From a virus, in IMG/VR virus record IMGVR_UViG_3300025769_000006: a DNA stretch of 64,000 nucleotides; one strand, given 5' to 3'. Below, one piece after another: positions 17,577-28,445 of this stretch. Every line of letters starts with the position of its first letter. Position 1 is the stretch's first letter. The notes below the pieces were generated by a model. That model saw only the letters and a program-made list of their open reading frames with translations, was not told the origin of the DNA and did no database searches. The translations under genes and the position numbers were made by a program.

Positions 17577-20500
17577 TTAAGGACCAATAAATTGACCCGC
17601 AGAATCAGACATACCTATTGTTGGATATTTACTAACTTGACCATTAGAGCCAACATACATTGGAGGATCAAGAGTTACAGAGGTTAAAGACGAAGACGTT
17701 GGAGGTTGATTACCAGGATTTCCAAAATAATAAGGTGGCGAAGGCATGTTTGCGTTTGTTGTATTGTTCCATACTAAATTAAAATCACCAGTAGCACCAT
17801 TTGCATTTGCTCTAAAACCCATATTAACCATAGCGCAAGCTGAAAAGTCGTAAGAACCATAAGAACCACCACTAGATCTCATACCTGGTCTTAATCCTGC
17901 AGCCACTGCTAAATCAAAATTTGTTTGTGTCATTCCTCCTGAAGCAGCCGTGAAAGGTTGTAAGCCACCAACTATTATCCATTGATAAGGTCCAGCGGCA
18001 TCACCTGTTGAACCTGGACCATTTGGCGGTGGTGGATAATAGTTATTGCTAAAATTACTAACAGCCGCTGGAACAGAATTACCAGTGCTTATTCCAAAGC
18101 TATTACCTTGACTGTCGGTAAAATTAGTACTATTGTCACCGTATCTAGGATCTGAATTTGGATATAAAGGATATTGAAATGTTGATCGTTTTGTTGCGCC
18201 GTTTGTATTTCTTATTGAACAGTAAGCATATATGTACACAGGTTGATCAGTCCAGTTTTGCATTTGATAATAACCATCTTTTGTTGATGTTCCTTGAATT
18301 GTTGTTCCTGATAAAACAGGTTGGAATTCAGAATCTGAATTACTGTATTTAGCTATTATAACTTGACCAAAGTATGTTGTAACGCCAACGCTATATGTTA
18401 TTTTAGCAGCATAAGCACTGTCTACAGTTGTATTATAAGCTTGTAAACTATCTTTTAAAGACATGTTTATTTCGTAAGAATAGTTGGGTTCATTTAAAGG
18501 ACCTGGATTTTGACCGTTAGAACCTAATTGACCACTTAGATTAAAACCAATCCATTCGTCAGCTCCAGATCCACCAGCTTGACCTTCTTGAAAAGTAGGC
18601 CAATCTGCTGAAGACTGATAAGTAGATACCCAATCACTTACAGAAGGTGTCGTTGCAGTTGTTACCTCAACTGTATTACCAGTTGTAGCGTTTGTTTTTG
18701 TGATGTTAACAACTTGCCAACCAGACTGAAGACTACTAGATAAAAACTCTCTACCTGTAGGATCAGAGTCATTATATGGTGCATTAAACTGTCTAGCTGA
18801 ACCATTTCTTCCTCTAGGTGAATTTCCTGAGGTTACTATAGTTGTGCTCGTAGTAAGAACAGATCCAGTTCTATCTACTATAGGATTTTGAACAATAGGA
18901 ACAACATTTTCTAATTGGACTATGAAAGACTGATCTACTTGTGTTCCGTCGAGTTGAGCTAAAGTTAAAGTAAATTGAAACTTACCTCTAGTTGCTACAT
19001 CATAATTAGGCTCTTGAGAAGATCCAGCATAAAATCTATCGTTTGTTTTAACTATATAACTACCTGTTGAACCACCTGGCTCAATAACAAACCTGCTAGC
19101 TTGTGGAATAGTCGTGTCTAAATTGCCATTAGCATCGTGAGCAAAAACGGTGTAACTAACGAGTGTTGTATTTGCTAAGTTTACTCCATTTGCAACTGGA
19201 AATATATCACTAGTTATAGCTGTTCCAGAGGCCATTGATTCTATAAAAGAAACTGTAAAACTATTTAAACCAGTTATATTGTTACTAGTATTCTGTATAG
19301 ACAGATTCAAATCAGATATTTTATCAGACGTAGAAGACTCATAAAATATTTCTAATGGTGATATATATGGAGCTGTTTCGTAAATAGCTAACCCCATATT
19401 TGGTGGATAAGGATAATTACCTGTAAAGTTTATATCGTCAGGTTGAGTATAAGACTGCTCACCTAATCCAACGGCTTTTTGGGTTGATATTTTAGCTAAA
19501 ACAGGTTTTGTATCAAAACTATATATAGCGTATTTATTTATAAATCCTGGACCTGTATTATCGCTTAAACCAGGATATAAATCATTTATACCTCCGACTA
19601 AATTAACTTGATCAGCGGCGGATTCTGGATCAACTTGCTTATTAAATGTTTCATAAGTAACTGTTGTTGATTCAACACCTGGTATATTTGTAACTCTAGG
19701 CCACATAGAAACATCGCTTGTAAACTGATTTTGATTTGGTCCTACATCTTCTAAATTTCTAGGAATTTTATTAATGTTGTCAGTTATTAAAACAATATTA
19801 GCAACTTCGTTTTGCTCTAAAGTTTCTTCGTCTATTGGATAACCATTTACAATACCTGGAAGAAAAACATTATAATAGTCTTGTTGCTGTTGTTTTACAG
19901 CGGTTTTGTACACAAAAAATCCATTTGGATTAATATCATATGTAGCGTAAACATTTAAACCTGTCTTAGCAGGTAGTCCAGTTGTTGCGCTGCCTGGTGA
20001 ATTGTCAAAAACATAATCTAAACTAACTTCCTCTTTTGTAAAAAACTCTACAGCTCTAACGCCATTAGCGTCACTTATAGGTGTAACACTAGTTATTTCT
20101 GTATAATCTATGTATAAGCCATTTAATTTTTTACCAGGCGCATAATATTGAGAATAAGTAGTTGGCCAATCTGGAAATAAAGGTCTATTTGTACTTGAAG
20201 CAGCCCCAGTACTGTATTTATATCTCCTATCAGATGTGTATAATATTTCTACTTTTACAACTTGAGGCGCAGTTATAGCCGTGTTTAGTGTAACTCTTAA
20301 ATAATTAGAATTATCAGATATTGTATATTCAGTAGATTCTATTAACTTAAAACCATTGTTATAGTCAATATATACATTAAACGTGTTGGATGAGTCAGTA
20401 GCGTCTGCGTATGTAAAATAACTATCAAATGTAGTACCAGCGTTTGTGCTTGTGAATTTAAAATATTGAGTTGAAAGAGGTATAAAAGTTGGATATAAAG

Positions 20501-22622
20501 CACTTGGTGGTTGTGTGGATTCAGTATCTACTTCATAATAATTACCTTTGGCATAAACACCTGGATATCCTGATATACCTATGTCACCTTCTGGTATTTG
20601 TTGTAAGTAATTTAAAACTAAATTATCGCCATGCCACAGCGGTAAGTCATTTGCGAATCCAACATCTTTATAGTCATTAAAATAATTAGAGCCAGGTCTA
20701 GGATCTCCATTTTCATCTAAAACTCCATCAAAATTAGAAAGCACTATGTCTGTTTGTCTACCATACCTATCAGCTAATATTATACCAACTTGATAATTTC
20801 TGTTTTGCTTTATATGGTGTTGAGGATATTCTATAAATTGTTGGGCAGATTTCTGATCAACACCTACGTAATAATCTAAACCATTAGGTGCACTATAACC
20901 TTCTAAATAATTTCCATATATTATTCTATTTCCAGCTGTTTCTTGTGCTAAAGCTTTAACAGGAACTTTATCAAAAACCCTAGTAGATTGCACTGCTGGA
21001 AGAGTTTTTATAGGTATAGTCGACTCGTAAGAGTATTGATATATATTAGTATTGTTTAAACTCGCTATAAAATTAGAATCAACCTTAACTGTCTCTATAA
21101 CTTGATAAGCTTGAGTGTCTGATTGTTTAAATATTATATCTATAGCTTTTATTTTGTAATTGTTGATTATATCTATACAAGGCAACTCTATGTTTAAAAC
21201 AGCATTGTTTATAGAGTTTTGCATAAACTCAACTATGGTTGTTATAAAAGCTTCGTTTTCATCTTCGTTTACAAATTCACCTTCTTGATAAGGTATAAAA
21301 ACATCTTGGCTAAAAGGTGATATTATAGAATATTCGTTGTCATCAAATTTAAATCTATATGCAAATCTTACAAATCTTTCTGTTAAAAAATCTGGATCAC
21401 CGTTCCACCCAGTATAGTTATCATTTCTTAAAACTCTAACAGAGTAACCTCTTATTGTGCTAGCGGTTAATGTTGTATCTATGGTGTTACTTGCTTGAAA
21501 ATCAACAAAGGGCGCGCTACCAGCGGTAATAGCATCACTGGTCCAAAAACCTGCTCTTGCTGTCAAATCAGTAAAACCATCAGGATATGTACTAGTTCCT
21601 TGTCGCATACCGCCTGGTAATATGTTCGTACCTAATAAATTAGTACCAGCAACATAACCAGTTGTTTGGTCGTCCCACAGAAAAGGACTTTTATAAAGAC
21701 TACCTGTTGTTCCTCCGGCTGAAATTATGTTATTCCAGTCTTGAACCGATGGTATTCTATGACCTATTGGTGCTAAACCTCTAGCGTCCATAACGGCCCA
21801 TTTATTATAAAGAAGTCCGTAAGTAACACCGTTTCCATTATAATTAGCATAATAACACCAAGCACCTTTTTGATCTGTATCAGCTTGTTGCCAGTCTATT
21901 AAAGTTCTAGCCTCTGTTATTTCGTCTCCATTTCTGTACTTCTTTACGGCTAAGTTGCTTTGAGATATTTTATAAGTACCAATCTCTACAACTTGTGGGT
22001 CAGCAGCGTCTGACATTGTAGATGGATATAGAGGATCTATTAAATCTACAAATCTTTGCTCTGCTTGAGCTCTTAAATTTAAAAAATGTGGAGGTGTGTA
22101 AGGTGCAAATTTAGCTACAGATATTTGATCTTCGTTAAAATAGTAACTAGGATCAGCTGTTGCTGTGTCTACGTTTATTTTTCTAGGTTGATTTCTATTG
22201 TCTGTGAAAAAAAGTTGGTTTTCTATAAGACTTATACCATGAATTAAGTGTGTTTGCGAAAAATTAAGAAAATAACCGCTAACTATAGTAGTATCTGAGT
22301 TTGAAAGAGTATTTAAAAAACCTATAGTACATATTGCACCTGAGTTTATATTAGGTCTACTTTGTGAATTCCAATTTGTTCTAAAATAATAAAGCCTATT
22401 GTTAGCTTCGTCAGCATAAGTACCTATTATTTTATGTCCAGTTTCAGAAGATCTACCAGTAGTTCCATTACCGATAACAACCTCTAAAGCTCCAACATCA
22501 CTACCTTCTGATCTAGATACAGCTACATTTAAAGCGTCTCTATATTCGTTATTTGGAATTAATCTTTCATCTAAGTCTTTGTTCATTTTAGACTTGATGA
22601 AACTATTCTTAGCTTCTGCCAT
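17577..22622 (-). CDS. 1681-aa tail/nozzle-like structural protein with embedded Fibrobacter-type (FISUMP) domain
   Basis: aa ~215-401 (nt 21420-21980) contain YGLLYNKWAV, LAPIGHRIPSVQDWNNI, NILPGGMR, GFWTSD and GYSVRVLRND. These match the TIGR02145-type pattern recalled from memory. Confidence 0.55.
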   Translation of the reverse strand: MAEAKNSFIKSKMNKDLDERLIPNNEYRDALNVAVSRSEGSDVGALEVVIGNGTTGRSSETGHKIIGTYADEANNRLYYFRTNWNSQSRPNINSGAICTIGFLNTLSNSDTTIVSGYFLNFSQTHLIHGISLIENQLFFTDNRNQPRKINVDTATADPSYYFNEDQISVAKFAPYTPPHFLNLRAQAEQRFVDLIDPLYPSTMSDAADPQVVEIGTYKISQSNLAVKKYRNGDEITEARTLIDWQQADTDQKGAWCYYANYNGNGVTYGLLYNKWAVMDARGLAPIGHRIPSVQDWNNIISAGGTTGSLYKSPFLWDDQTTGYVAGTNLLGTNILPGGMRQGTSTYPDGFTDLTARAGFWTSDAITAGSAPFVDFQASNTIDTTLTASTIRGYSVRVLRNDNYTGWNGDPDFLTERFVRFAYRFKFDDNEYSIISPFSQDVFIPYQEGEFVNEDENEAFITTIVEFMQNSINNAVLNIELPCIDIINNYKIKAIDIIFKQSDTQAYQVIETVKVDSNFIASLNNTNIYQYSYESTIPIKTLPAVQSTRVFDKVPVKALAQETAGNRIIYGNYLEGYSAPNGLDYYVGVDQKSAQQFIEYPQHHIKQNRNYQVGIILADRYGRQTDIVLSNFDGVLDENGDPRPGSNYFNDYKDVGFANDLPLWHGDNLVLNYLQQIPEGDIGISGYPGVYAKGNYYEVDTESTQPPSALYPTFIPLSTQYFKFTSTNAGTTFDSYFTYADATDSSNTFNVYIDYNNGFKLIESTEYTISDNSNYLRVTLNTAITAPQVVKVEILYTSDRRYKYSTGAASSTNRPLFPDWPTTYSQYYAPGKKLNGLYIDYTEITSVTPISDANGVRAVEFFTKEEVSLDYVFDNSPGSATTGLPAKTGLNVYATYDINPNGFFVYKTAVKQQQQDYYNVFLPGIVNGYPIDEETLEQNEVANIVLITDNINKIPRNLEDVGPNQNQFTSDVSMWPRVTNIPGVESTTVTYETFNKQVDPESAADQVNLVGGINDLYPGLSDNTGPGFINKYAIYSFDTKPVLAKISTQKAVGLGEQSYTQPDDINFTGNYPYPPNMGLAIYETAPYISPLEIFYESSTSDKISDLNLSIQNTSNNITGLNSFTVSFIESMASGTAITSDIFPVANGVNLANTTLVSYTVFAHDANGNLDTTIPQASRFVIEPGGSTGSYIVKTNDRFYAGSSQEPNYDVATRGKFQFTLTLAQLDGTQVDQSFIVQLENVVPIVQNPIVDRTGSVLTTSTTIVTSGNSPRGRNGSARQFNAPYNDSDPTGREFLSSSLQSGWQVVNITKTNATTGNTVEVTTATTPSVSDWVSTYQSSADWPTFQEGQAGGSGADEWIGFNLSGQLGSNGQNPGPLNEPNYSYEINMSLKDSLQAYNTTVDSAYAAKITYSVGVTTYFGQVIIAKYSNSDSEFQPVLSGTTIQGTSTKDGYYQMQNWTDQPVYIYAYCSIRNTNGATKRSTFQYPLYPNSDPRYGDNSTNFTDSQGNSFGISTGNSVPAAVSNFSNNYYPPPPNGPGSTGDAAGPYQWIIVGGLQPFTAASGGMTQTNFDLAVAAGLRPGMRSSGGSYGSYDFSACAMVNMGFRANANGATGDFNLVWNNTTNANMPSPPYYFGNPGNQPPTSSSLTSVTLDPPMYVGSNGQVSKYPTIGMSDSAGQFIGP

Positions 22623-22625
22623 GTA

Positions 22626-23894
22626 TTAGTTTTTTATCCATTTAGATTTACCTCTCATAACTTGCGTTATTTCGTCAAGCTTAATATTAGATAATCTTAT
22701 TTTAGCATTTCTCAGTTTAGATATCTTATCTTTTCTTAGTCTTTGCACGACGTATTCTGGTTGGTTTATTCTTCCAGATATTAAAGAATATAATATAGCC
22801 GCATACATAGCGTCTTCAGCAAGCTTGGGAACTCTACTGTCTAAATCGTAAGCTAAACCATCTGATACATACTCAAATACAATTAACTTTCCTACAAGGT
22901 TACTAGAAAATGATAATTTATTTTCTCTTTCATTTATGTTAAACCAACCGTTACCTTGTGCTGCTTGTGGCTCTAAACCATATCTTTGGCCATATCCATA
23001 ACCATCTGTTATGCCCCAACCATACCCATATCCATACCAGTCATTTGCTGTAAAATCACCTCCCATGTTAACAGCACCATCTACTAAATTGTCGTCAGCA
23101 TTGTGCCATCTTTCTTGCGTTATTGAAGTTCCTTCTAGGTCGTTTCCAAAATTATCTTGAGTTGGTATGCCAGAAGAATCCTGCAACTGTGTGTAATATG
23201 GACTAATAGTAATATTGTTGGTTGGATATATAATATGCTTAACACCTAAATCATCTATCCAAGAACATCTAACATAATTGACGTAATCCTGAGGAATAAC
23301 TAATGTTAAATTGTGAGGTATTGTTAATTCAGAAGATTTAATACTTTTTAGTGTATCATAACTAAATTCTTGCATTGCTCTTTTTGCAAAAAATATAATA
23401 TCACTTCTTTTTGCATTTGGAAGCAATTTGTCTTTACCAACATAACCTACTTGAAAATTATTTATTATGTCATTTAGTTTTACATATTGATAACTTCCAT
23501 AATTATCGTCAGTTGCTTGACCATATGCTTTTTCTGCTTCTGTTTGACCATACTTTCCTCCTGTAAGTATTTTCAACTGAACAACAACGTATGCGTTAGC
23601 GCCTGGTGCTGCTATTAGTTTTATTGTTTTATTGTCAGAACTTAACGACATATCTGTCAACCACTCTGTATAAGACCCAGCTAAACCTGTTTGACTTGTA
23701 TAAACTTTAAAATTATTTAAACTATAGTTTGGATTACTAGAATTCCAATCACCTAAATATAAGTCAGTATCAAAAGTTGTAACAAACTCTTGATTTGTTG
23801 TGTTAGTTGAATTTGCTCTAAAACCTTGTGCTCCTTGATAATACTGTTGAGCTGTTTCGTTTATTAATCCGTTATTTGGTGGTAATATAGCCAT
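22626..23894 (-). CDS. structural protein (422 aa)
   Basis: ORF track entry in the late operon. Confidence 0.4.
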   Translation of the reverse strand: MAILPPNNGLINETAQQYYQGAQGFRANSTNTTNQEFVTTFDTDLYLGDWNSSNPNYSLNNFKVYTSQTGLAGSYTEWLTDMSLSSDNKTIKLIAAPGANAYVVVQLKILTGGKYGQTEAEKAYGQATDDNYGSYQYVKLNDIINNFQVGYVGKDKLLPNAKRSDIIFFAKRAMQEFSYDTLKSIKSSELTIPHNLTLVIPQDYVNYVRCSWIDDLGVKHIIYPTNNITISPYYTQLQDSSGIPTQDNFGNDLEGTSITQERWHNADDNLVDGAVNMGGDFTANDWYGYGYGWGITDGYGYGQRYGLEPQAAQGNGWFNINERENKLSFSSNLVGKLIVFEYVSDGLAYDLDSRVPKLAEDAMYAAILYSLISGRINQPEYVVQRLRKDKISKLRNAKIRLSNIKLDEITQVMRGKSKWIKN

Positions 23895-23900
23895 GTTCTA

Positions 23901-24845
23901 TTAAGTTCTTTCGTTTTGTTCTTCTTTTTGTATTTCCGCAGAAGCAGCTTGTATAATCATAGGATCTTTTATTACAACTCCAGCATATTTTAATATTTGT
24001 AATATAACGCTTGTTTGCTCTGTTGGATCTAATTCAAAATCAACAGAAGTAGATGGATCCCATACATAGTAGCCTGCTGTAGAGTCAAAATTCCAAACAA
24101 CATCAGCTGGTTTTCTTATATAAGTTGCTTGAACACTACTACTTACTGTTTGAGGATATATTATTATTTGGCTGTTTTCATAAACAAAAACAGGAAAATA
24201 TTCTGAAGGTTTAGTTATTGGTGATAAATTCATTAAAGCTAACTCGTTTCTTTCAACCATTTCTACAGCCTTATCTTCTTTATACAAAACCGTGCCTAGT
24301 TTGTAAAAATCAATAGGATATAAAACTATTCTAATAGTATTACCTGCGGCCAACGCGCCCGCTGTTAACTGTAAAGCTCCACCGGTTATTGTATAATTAG
24401 AATAAGCAACTCCAGGTGAACCTGTAGGTTGTTCCAGTGTTACAACTACGTTACTTGTTTCTACTTGGGCTTGAGTTATTGTTGTTAAAGGATATGATGT
24501 TGCATTTAGTATAGTTGCAAAAGTTTGGGAACCTGTTGAAACCCCTGAAGAGTTTGGTGGGGTAAAATATCCTGGTGATGTACCTACAGGCGCGGTATAT
24601 CCGCATGAACCTATAGTTTTAAATTTATCTAATTTTTCTTGAACTGTTTTGTAGCGATCACCATATTCACTGTCATTTTGAGGAACACGCATTTGCTGAT
24701 TTATAGTATCAAAATAACCATCAACTATATCTAATTGAACTTGAGTTGCAAGTTTATTAAATTCATTTGGTGTTAAATAACCTCTTTGCTCTTTGTTAAT
24801 GATTAACAAGACTGTTTTATAAACTTGATCTACGTTTATCGCCAT
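23901..24845 (-). CDS. structural protein (314 aa)
   Basis: ORF track entry in the late operon. Confidence 0.4.
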   Translation of the reverse strand: MAINVDQVYKTVLLIINKEQRGYLTPNEFNKLATQVQLDIVDGYFDTINQQMRVPQNDSEYGDRYKTVQEKLDKFKTIGSCGYTAPVGTSPGYFTPPNSSGVSTGSQTFATILNATSYPLTTITQAQVETSNVVVTLEQPTGSPGVAYSNYTITGGALQLTAGALAAGNTIRIVLYPIDFYKLGTVLYKEDKAVEMVERNELALMNLSPITKPSEYFPVFVYENSQIIIYPQTVSSSVQATYIRKPADVVWNFDSTAGYYVWDPSTSVDFELDPTEQTSVILQILKYAGVVIKDPMIIQAASAEIQKEEQNERT

Positions 24846-24873
24846 TTTTATTTTTTTATTATAATATACTAAA

Positions 24874-24892
24874 GCGCCACGATTAGTGGCAC
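24874..24892 (-). terminator. weak hairpin
   Basis: GCGCCACgattaGTGGCaC, lying between genes 24915..25670 and 23901..24845. Confidence 0.3.
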
Positions 24893-24900
24893 TCCAATAT

Positions 24901-24914
24901 ATTAGTATTACATG
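24901..24914 (-). promoter_or_regulatory. late-type box CATGTAATACTAAT
   Basis: Located in the intergenic region upstream of 24845. Confidence 0.25.
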
Positions 24915-25670
24915 TTATTTAAGTTTTTTCTCTATAGACTTAAATATTTCTACTCCTTCATCTGTTTTGAAAAAAGCAGCCATTGCAGAGTAAGGATTTT
25001 CATCAAAAGGAACATTCATTAGTTTCTTTCCATTAGAAGCCCAGGTAAAATATCTTTGATCTTGAGATAGGTCTATTATATTTGCTTCTACAGCTTTAAC
25101 AGCAAAGTTTCTTAATTGAACGTTTTCATCGTTAACTAATTCAATAAATAAATCTGGATTTGATCTAGCAAATATTAATAAATCTCTTTTAAGTTCTTTA
25201 GAACTCATCTTTGTAACTTTAGATCCTATTTCAACTCTCATTATAGCTTCTGCCATATCAATGTCAATATTTCTAGCTGCATTGAGAGCATCAACTTGAA
25301 GATTTAATAAATCTAATTCATCAACAGCAACTTCAACAGGATCAAATTCAAAAAAACTTTTACCTTTTAAAGGGTGATAAAGTGAAAGAAGCTTTTGTAA
25401 ATTTTGTTTTTCTTTTGGCACCATTAAAACACCGTCTTTAAAAATAATATGACCTAAAGTAGCTTCACCTTTTTGTTCGTCTACGAAACAAGAGTCTTGA
25501 TTTGTAGCGTATCTAATCTCTCTTTGTTTTCCGCTTTCTTGATCAAAGTACAGTAAAGCGTGTTTTTTTGTGTGTTTAGAAGGTATTGTATAAGTTAATG
25601 GTTCCATTCCATTTTTTAATATATATCTTCTATCTTTTATTTCCCAATTTTTTTTATTTTCTTTTTTCAT
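24915..25670 (-). CDS. structural protein (251 aa)
   Basis: ORF track entry. It has the same 17-nt leader as the scaffold gene. Confidence 0.4.
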   Translation of the reverse strand: MKKENKKNWEIKDRRYILKNGMEPLTYTIPSKHTKKHALLYFDQESGKQREIRYATNQDSCFVDEQKGEATLGHIIFKDGVLMVPKEKQNLQKLLSLYHPLKGKSFFEFDPVEVAVDELDLLNLQVDALNAARNIDIDMAEAIMRVEIGSKVTKMSSKELKRDLLIFARSNPDLFIELVNDENVQLRNFAVKAVEANIIDLSQDQRYFTWASNGKKLMNVPFDENPYSAMAAFFKTDEGVEIFKSIEKKLK

Positions 25671-25687
25671 AATATAATATAATTAAA
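25671..25687 (-). promoter_or_regulatory. late-type box TTTAATTATATTATATT abutting ATG
   Basis: Identical over 17/17 nt to 28413-28429. Confidence 0.35.
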
Positions 25688-25703
25688 TAGTTAAGAGTAA
25701 GAG

Positions 25704-25730
25704 TTACCCCTGAAGATTTATCAGGGGTAA
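25704..25730 (-). terminator. strong hairpin immediately downstream of the capsid gene
   Basis: TTACCCCTGAagatttaTCAGGGGTAA: a 10-bp perfect stem with no clear U-tract. Confidence 0.5.
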
Positions 25731-25744
25731 AACTTACAGGATTT

Positions 25745-27187
25745 TTACAATCCTTTAAATAATACAAAGTTGTTAGCAGCTTGTGTTACTAAACATCTTT
25801 CAGATAGGAAGTTTACTTCCATAGCATCTAAATCAGATGTAAAAGCTCCACCAGCAGAACCAGTCAACCATGACTTCATACGTCTATCATCTCCTTGAGA
25901 AGCTCTGTATCGTACGTGCAAGAATGGACGACGGATATTTGTTCCTAAGATTTGATCATAAACTGTAGATGTTCCAGCAGGAATTAAAACACCTTCAATT
26001 GAAGATGGTCCTGTAAGAGCACCACGAGTTGAAGCATCATTTAAGTATTTCCAGTCTGTTTTATAGAAATCATAAGATCCTCTACGGAAACCGCTAAATC
26101 CAAGATTTAAAGCCATATCTTCAGAGTTTTCAAATAATCCATAAGCAGTACCGCCTTGAGCACCTCCAGAGATTGCAGATAGCATGTCATCGAAATCCAA
26201 AGCAGTTTGTCTTTGTAAAAATAACATGTTTTCTTCAATAGCACCTTGAGTATCTAGGTTTTTAAGAATAGCGTCAAAAGAATCAATTCCAGCAGCAGCA
26301 GTAAAACCAGTGTTTACGTTACCTCTTTCTTCGATTGCAGCAAAAAGACCTTGAGTACCAGCTATGCCAGTAATAGCAGATCCTGTGGCTACTTTTTCAC
26401 CTTCAACTAATGACATTTCTAGGTAATCTTCAAAACGTAGTCTTGTTTCAGACTCAGCTTTTAAGTACCATAAATATCCAGATGTTCCATCTTCAGTAGC
26501 AACTTCAACCCATCCAATTTGAGCCATATCAGAACCATTTACAACGTATTTGTTTCTGATTATGATTGGTGAATTATTATATTGAGTAAACTGAGGATCA
26601 ACACTAATATATCCATCTGTTTGGTTAGCAGCGTTGTAGTTAGGTGTAACAGATCCTTTTCCATATTCAGAACCATATACAAATACTTTTACAGTACCAG
26701 TTAGTCCTGCAGCAGCTAAAGTAGCAGCAGTGTATGGTAAAGCTGTAATCTGTCCAACACCAGCTCCACCAGGAACAGTAGTGCTAACATAACATTTTGC
26801 TTCGTTTCCAAAGTTATCTAAAACTACAACTGTTGCGCCAACAGAAATAACGTTGATTACATCAGCAGGAGTTCCAGTAAAATTGATAACATTGCTAGCT
26901 CCATAAGCAGGAGTTAAGTCTTCATAAGCAATATGTAGTCTGTTTTGCTCAGACCATATAACTTGATCAGATGTCATTGGCATTTCAGCGCCAACCATTC
27001 TTAAAAAGCCAGATAACGTACGGTTTCCGTAACGCTCTACTTCTTGTTCATATACTTCAGGTAGATATTGTTGTGCAAAATCTACGAAGTTAGCGCCTGT
27101 TGAATCAGTCCACTGTAAGTAGTTACTGTTAAGCACTTCTTGTTTTTGAGATGGGATTAAGCTCCCAAATTGAGGTTGTAAACTCAT
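25745..27187 (-). CDS. putative major capsid protein (480 aa)
   Basis: Follows the scaffold-like gene, is followed by a strong hairpin, and has a size typical of a capsid protein. No motif-level proof. Confidence 0.6.
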   Translation of the reverse strand: MSLQPQFGSLIPSQKQEVLNSNYLQWTDSTGANFVDFAQQYLPEVYEQEVERYGNRTLSGFLRMVGAEMPMTSDQVIWSEQNRLHIAYEDLTPAYGASNVINFTGTPADVINVISVGATVVVLDNFGNEAKCYVSTTVPGGAGVGQITALPYTAATLAAAGLTGTVKVFVYGSEYGKGSVTPNYNAANQTDGYISVDPQFTQYNNSPIIIRNKYVVNGSDMAQIGWVEVATEDGTSGYLWYLKAESETRLRFEDYLEMSLVEGEKVATGSAITGIAGTQGLFAAIEERGNVNTGFTAAAGIDSFDAILKNLDTQGAIEENMLFLQRQTALDFDDMLSAISGGAQGGTAYGLFENSEDMALNLGFSGFRRGSYDFYKTDWKYLNDASTRGALTGPSSIEGVLIPAGTSTVYDQILGTNIRRPFLHVRYRASQGDDRRMKSWLTGSAGGAFTSDLDAMEVNFLSERCLVTQAANNFVLFKGL

Positions 27188-27203
27188 AATTTTTTAAAGT
27201 TTT

Positions 27204-28412
27204 TTAGTTAAATTTTTTTCTTCTTATTTTAAGTTTTGAAGAATCAGCACCACTTATAGCTTTAACTTTTAATCCGTTAACAAAAACATTTCCATTAGTA
27301 CCTTCTTGTCTTGGTTCTGTAGTTATGTTTTTTGACTTAGCAACGACATCTTTTACAGCATCGGCTTTGCCTTGTTCATAAAAGTGTTTAGCTATTGTAT
27401 CTGCGTTTCTAGCAGCATACATGGCTTTGTGGTAACCCTTTGGATTAATTAGTTCATTATTTTCATTTAAGAACGTCTTAACAAAATCTGTAATGTCTAA
27501 TTGGTTTTTAACAACATCATTAGGATTTTTAATTCCGTATCTAAAGTTTTTATCTCCTAAGTTAAAATCGAAACCTTCGAAATTTTCATTAAAAGTATCT
27601 TTAGTTACTTTTTCAAAAGCTTGACGCTGTTGAGTTACTTTTTGTTGATCTTCATTGTATCTATTAAAAAAGTCCATTGCTTTTTGTTGGTCTTCATTAA
27701 CTGATGATTTCAACTTGATTTCATCATAGTATTTATTTTTCAAACCTTCTAAAAAGCTTTTGGCTTTTCCAATTTCTTCTTTATATGCTAGTTTCTTTTT
27801 TCTAACATCTTTTTCGTCATCTAGTTCTTCATCATATGAAAAATTATCTTCTAATAAAAAATTAACTTCTTCATATTCTAAGTGTGGACGAGTATTTCTG
27901 TAATATTCTCTGAGTAAAGTGTTGTTGTCTATATTGTCATAATTAGCGTTTAATCTAACATAATCCTCTATAGTAGCCCCTGGCATTTCTTCCATAAAAG
28001 AAACTAATTTTTCAATGTTTTCAGGTAGTTTTTTTCCTAACACCTTTTCATCTCTTATTGCTTCTTTTACTTCTTGTTCAACTTTTTTTGTTTCTTCTTC
28101 TACTTTCTGCACTTCTTTAATAGGACTTTCAATGGGCTTTTCGTCTCCTTGTCCCACTTCTTGCAGTCCCACCTCGGGTCTTTCTTCGCGTAGCACGCTG
28201 CTCTCTGTTTCTGATTTTTGAACGGCATTTTCTTCTTGTTTTACTTTACTCAAATCAACCTTTACTGGTTCTTCTTTTTTAGCAACAGCTGCAAAATCTA
28301 TTTTTATTGTTTCTTCTGGAGCTGATAATTTTTTAGGTGTTTTTCTTTTTTGTTTTAACTTAAAGTCACCTTCCTGTTTAACAGGTTCATTTGTTTTTGT
28401 TTCTTCTGACAT
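27204..28412 (-). CDS. putative scaffolding protein
   Basis: A 402-aa, very E/K-rich, predicted-helical protein lying between the portal and capsid genes. Confidence 0.55.
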   Translation of the reverse strand: MSEETKTNEPVKQEGDFKLKQKRKTPKKLSAPEETIKIDFAAVAKKEEPVKVDLSKVKQEENAVQKSETESSVLREERPEVGLQEVGQGDEKPIESPIKEVQKVEEETKKVEQEVKEAIRDEKVLGKKLPENIEKLVSFMEEMPGATIEDYVRLNANYDNIDNNTLLREYYRNTRPHLEYEEVNFLLEDNFSYDEELDDEKDVRKKKLAYKEEIGKAKSFLEGLKNKYYDEIKLKSSVNEDQQKAMDFFNRYNEDQQKVTQQRQAFEKVTKDTFNENFEGFDFNLGDKNFRYGIKNPNDVVKNQLDITDFVKTFLNENNELINPKGYHKAMYAARNADTIAKHFYEQGKADAVKDVVAKSKNITTEPRQEGTNGNVFVNGLKVKAISGADSSKLKIRRKKFN

Positions 28413-28429
28413 AATATAATATAATTAAA
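28413..28429 (-). promoter_or_regulatory. late-type box TTTAATTATATTATATT abutting ATG
   Basis: Identical over 17/17 nt to 25671-25687. Confidence 0.35.
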
Positions 28430-28445
28430 AAAATTGATAATTGTT

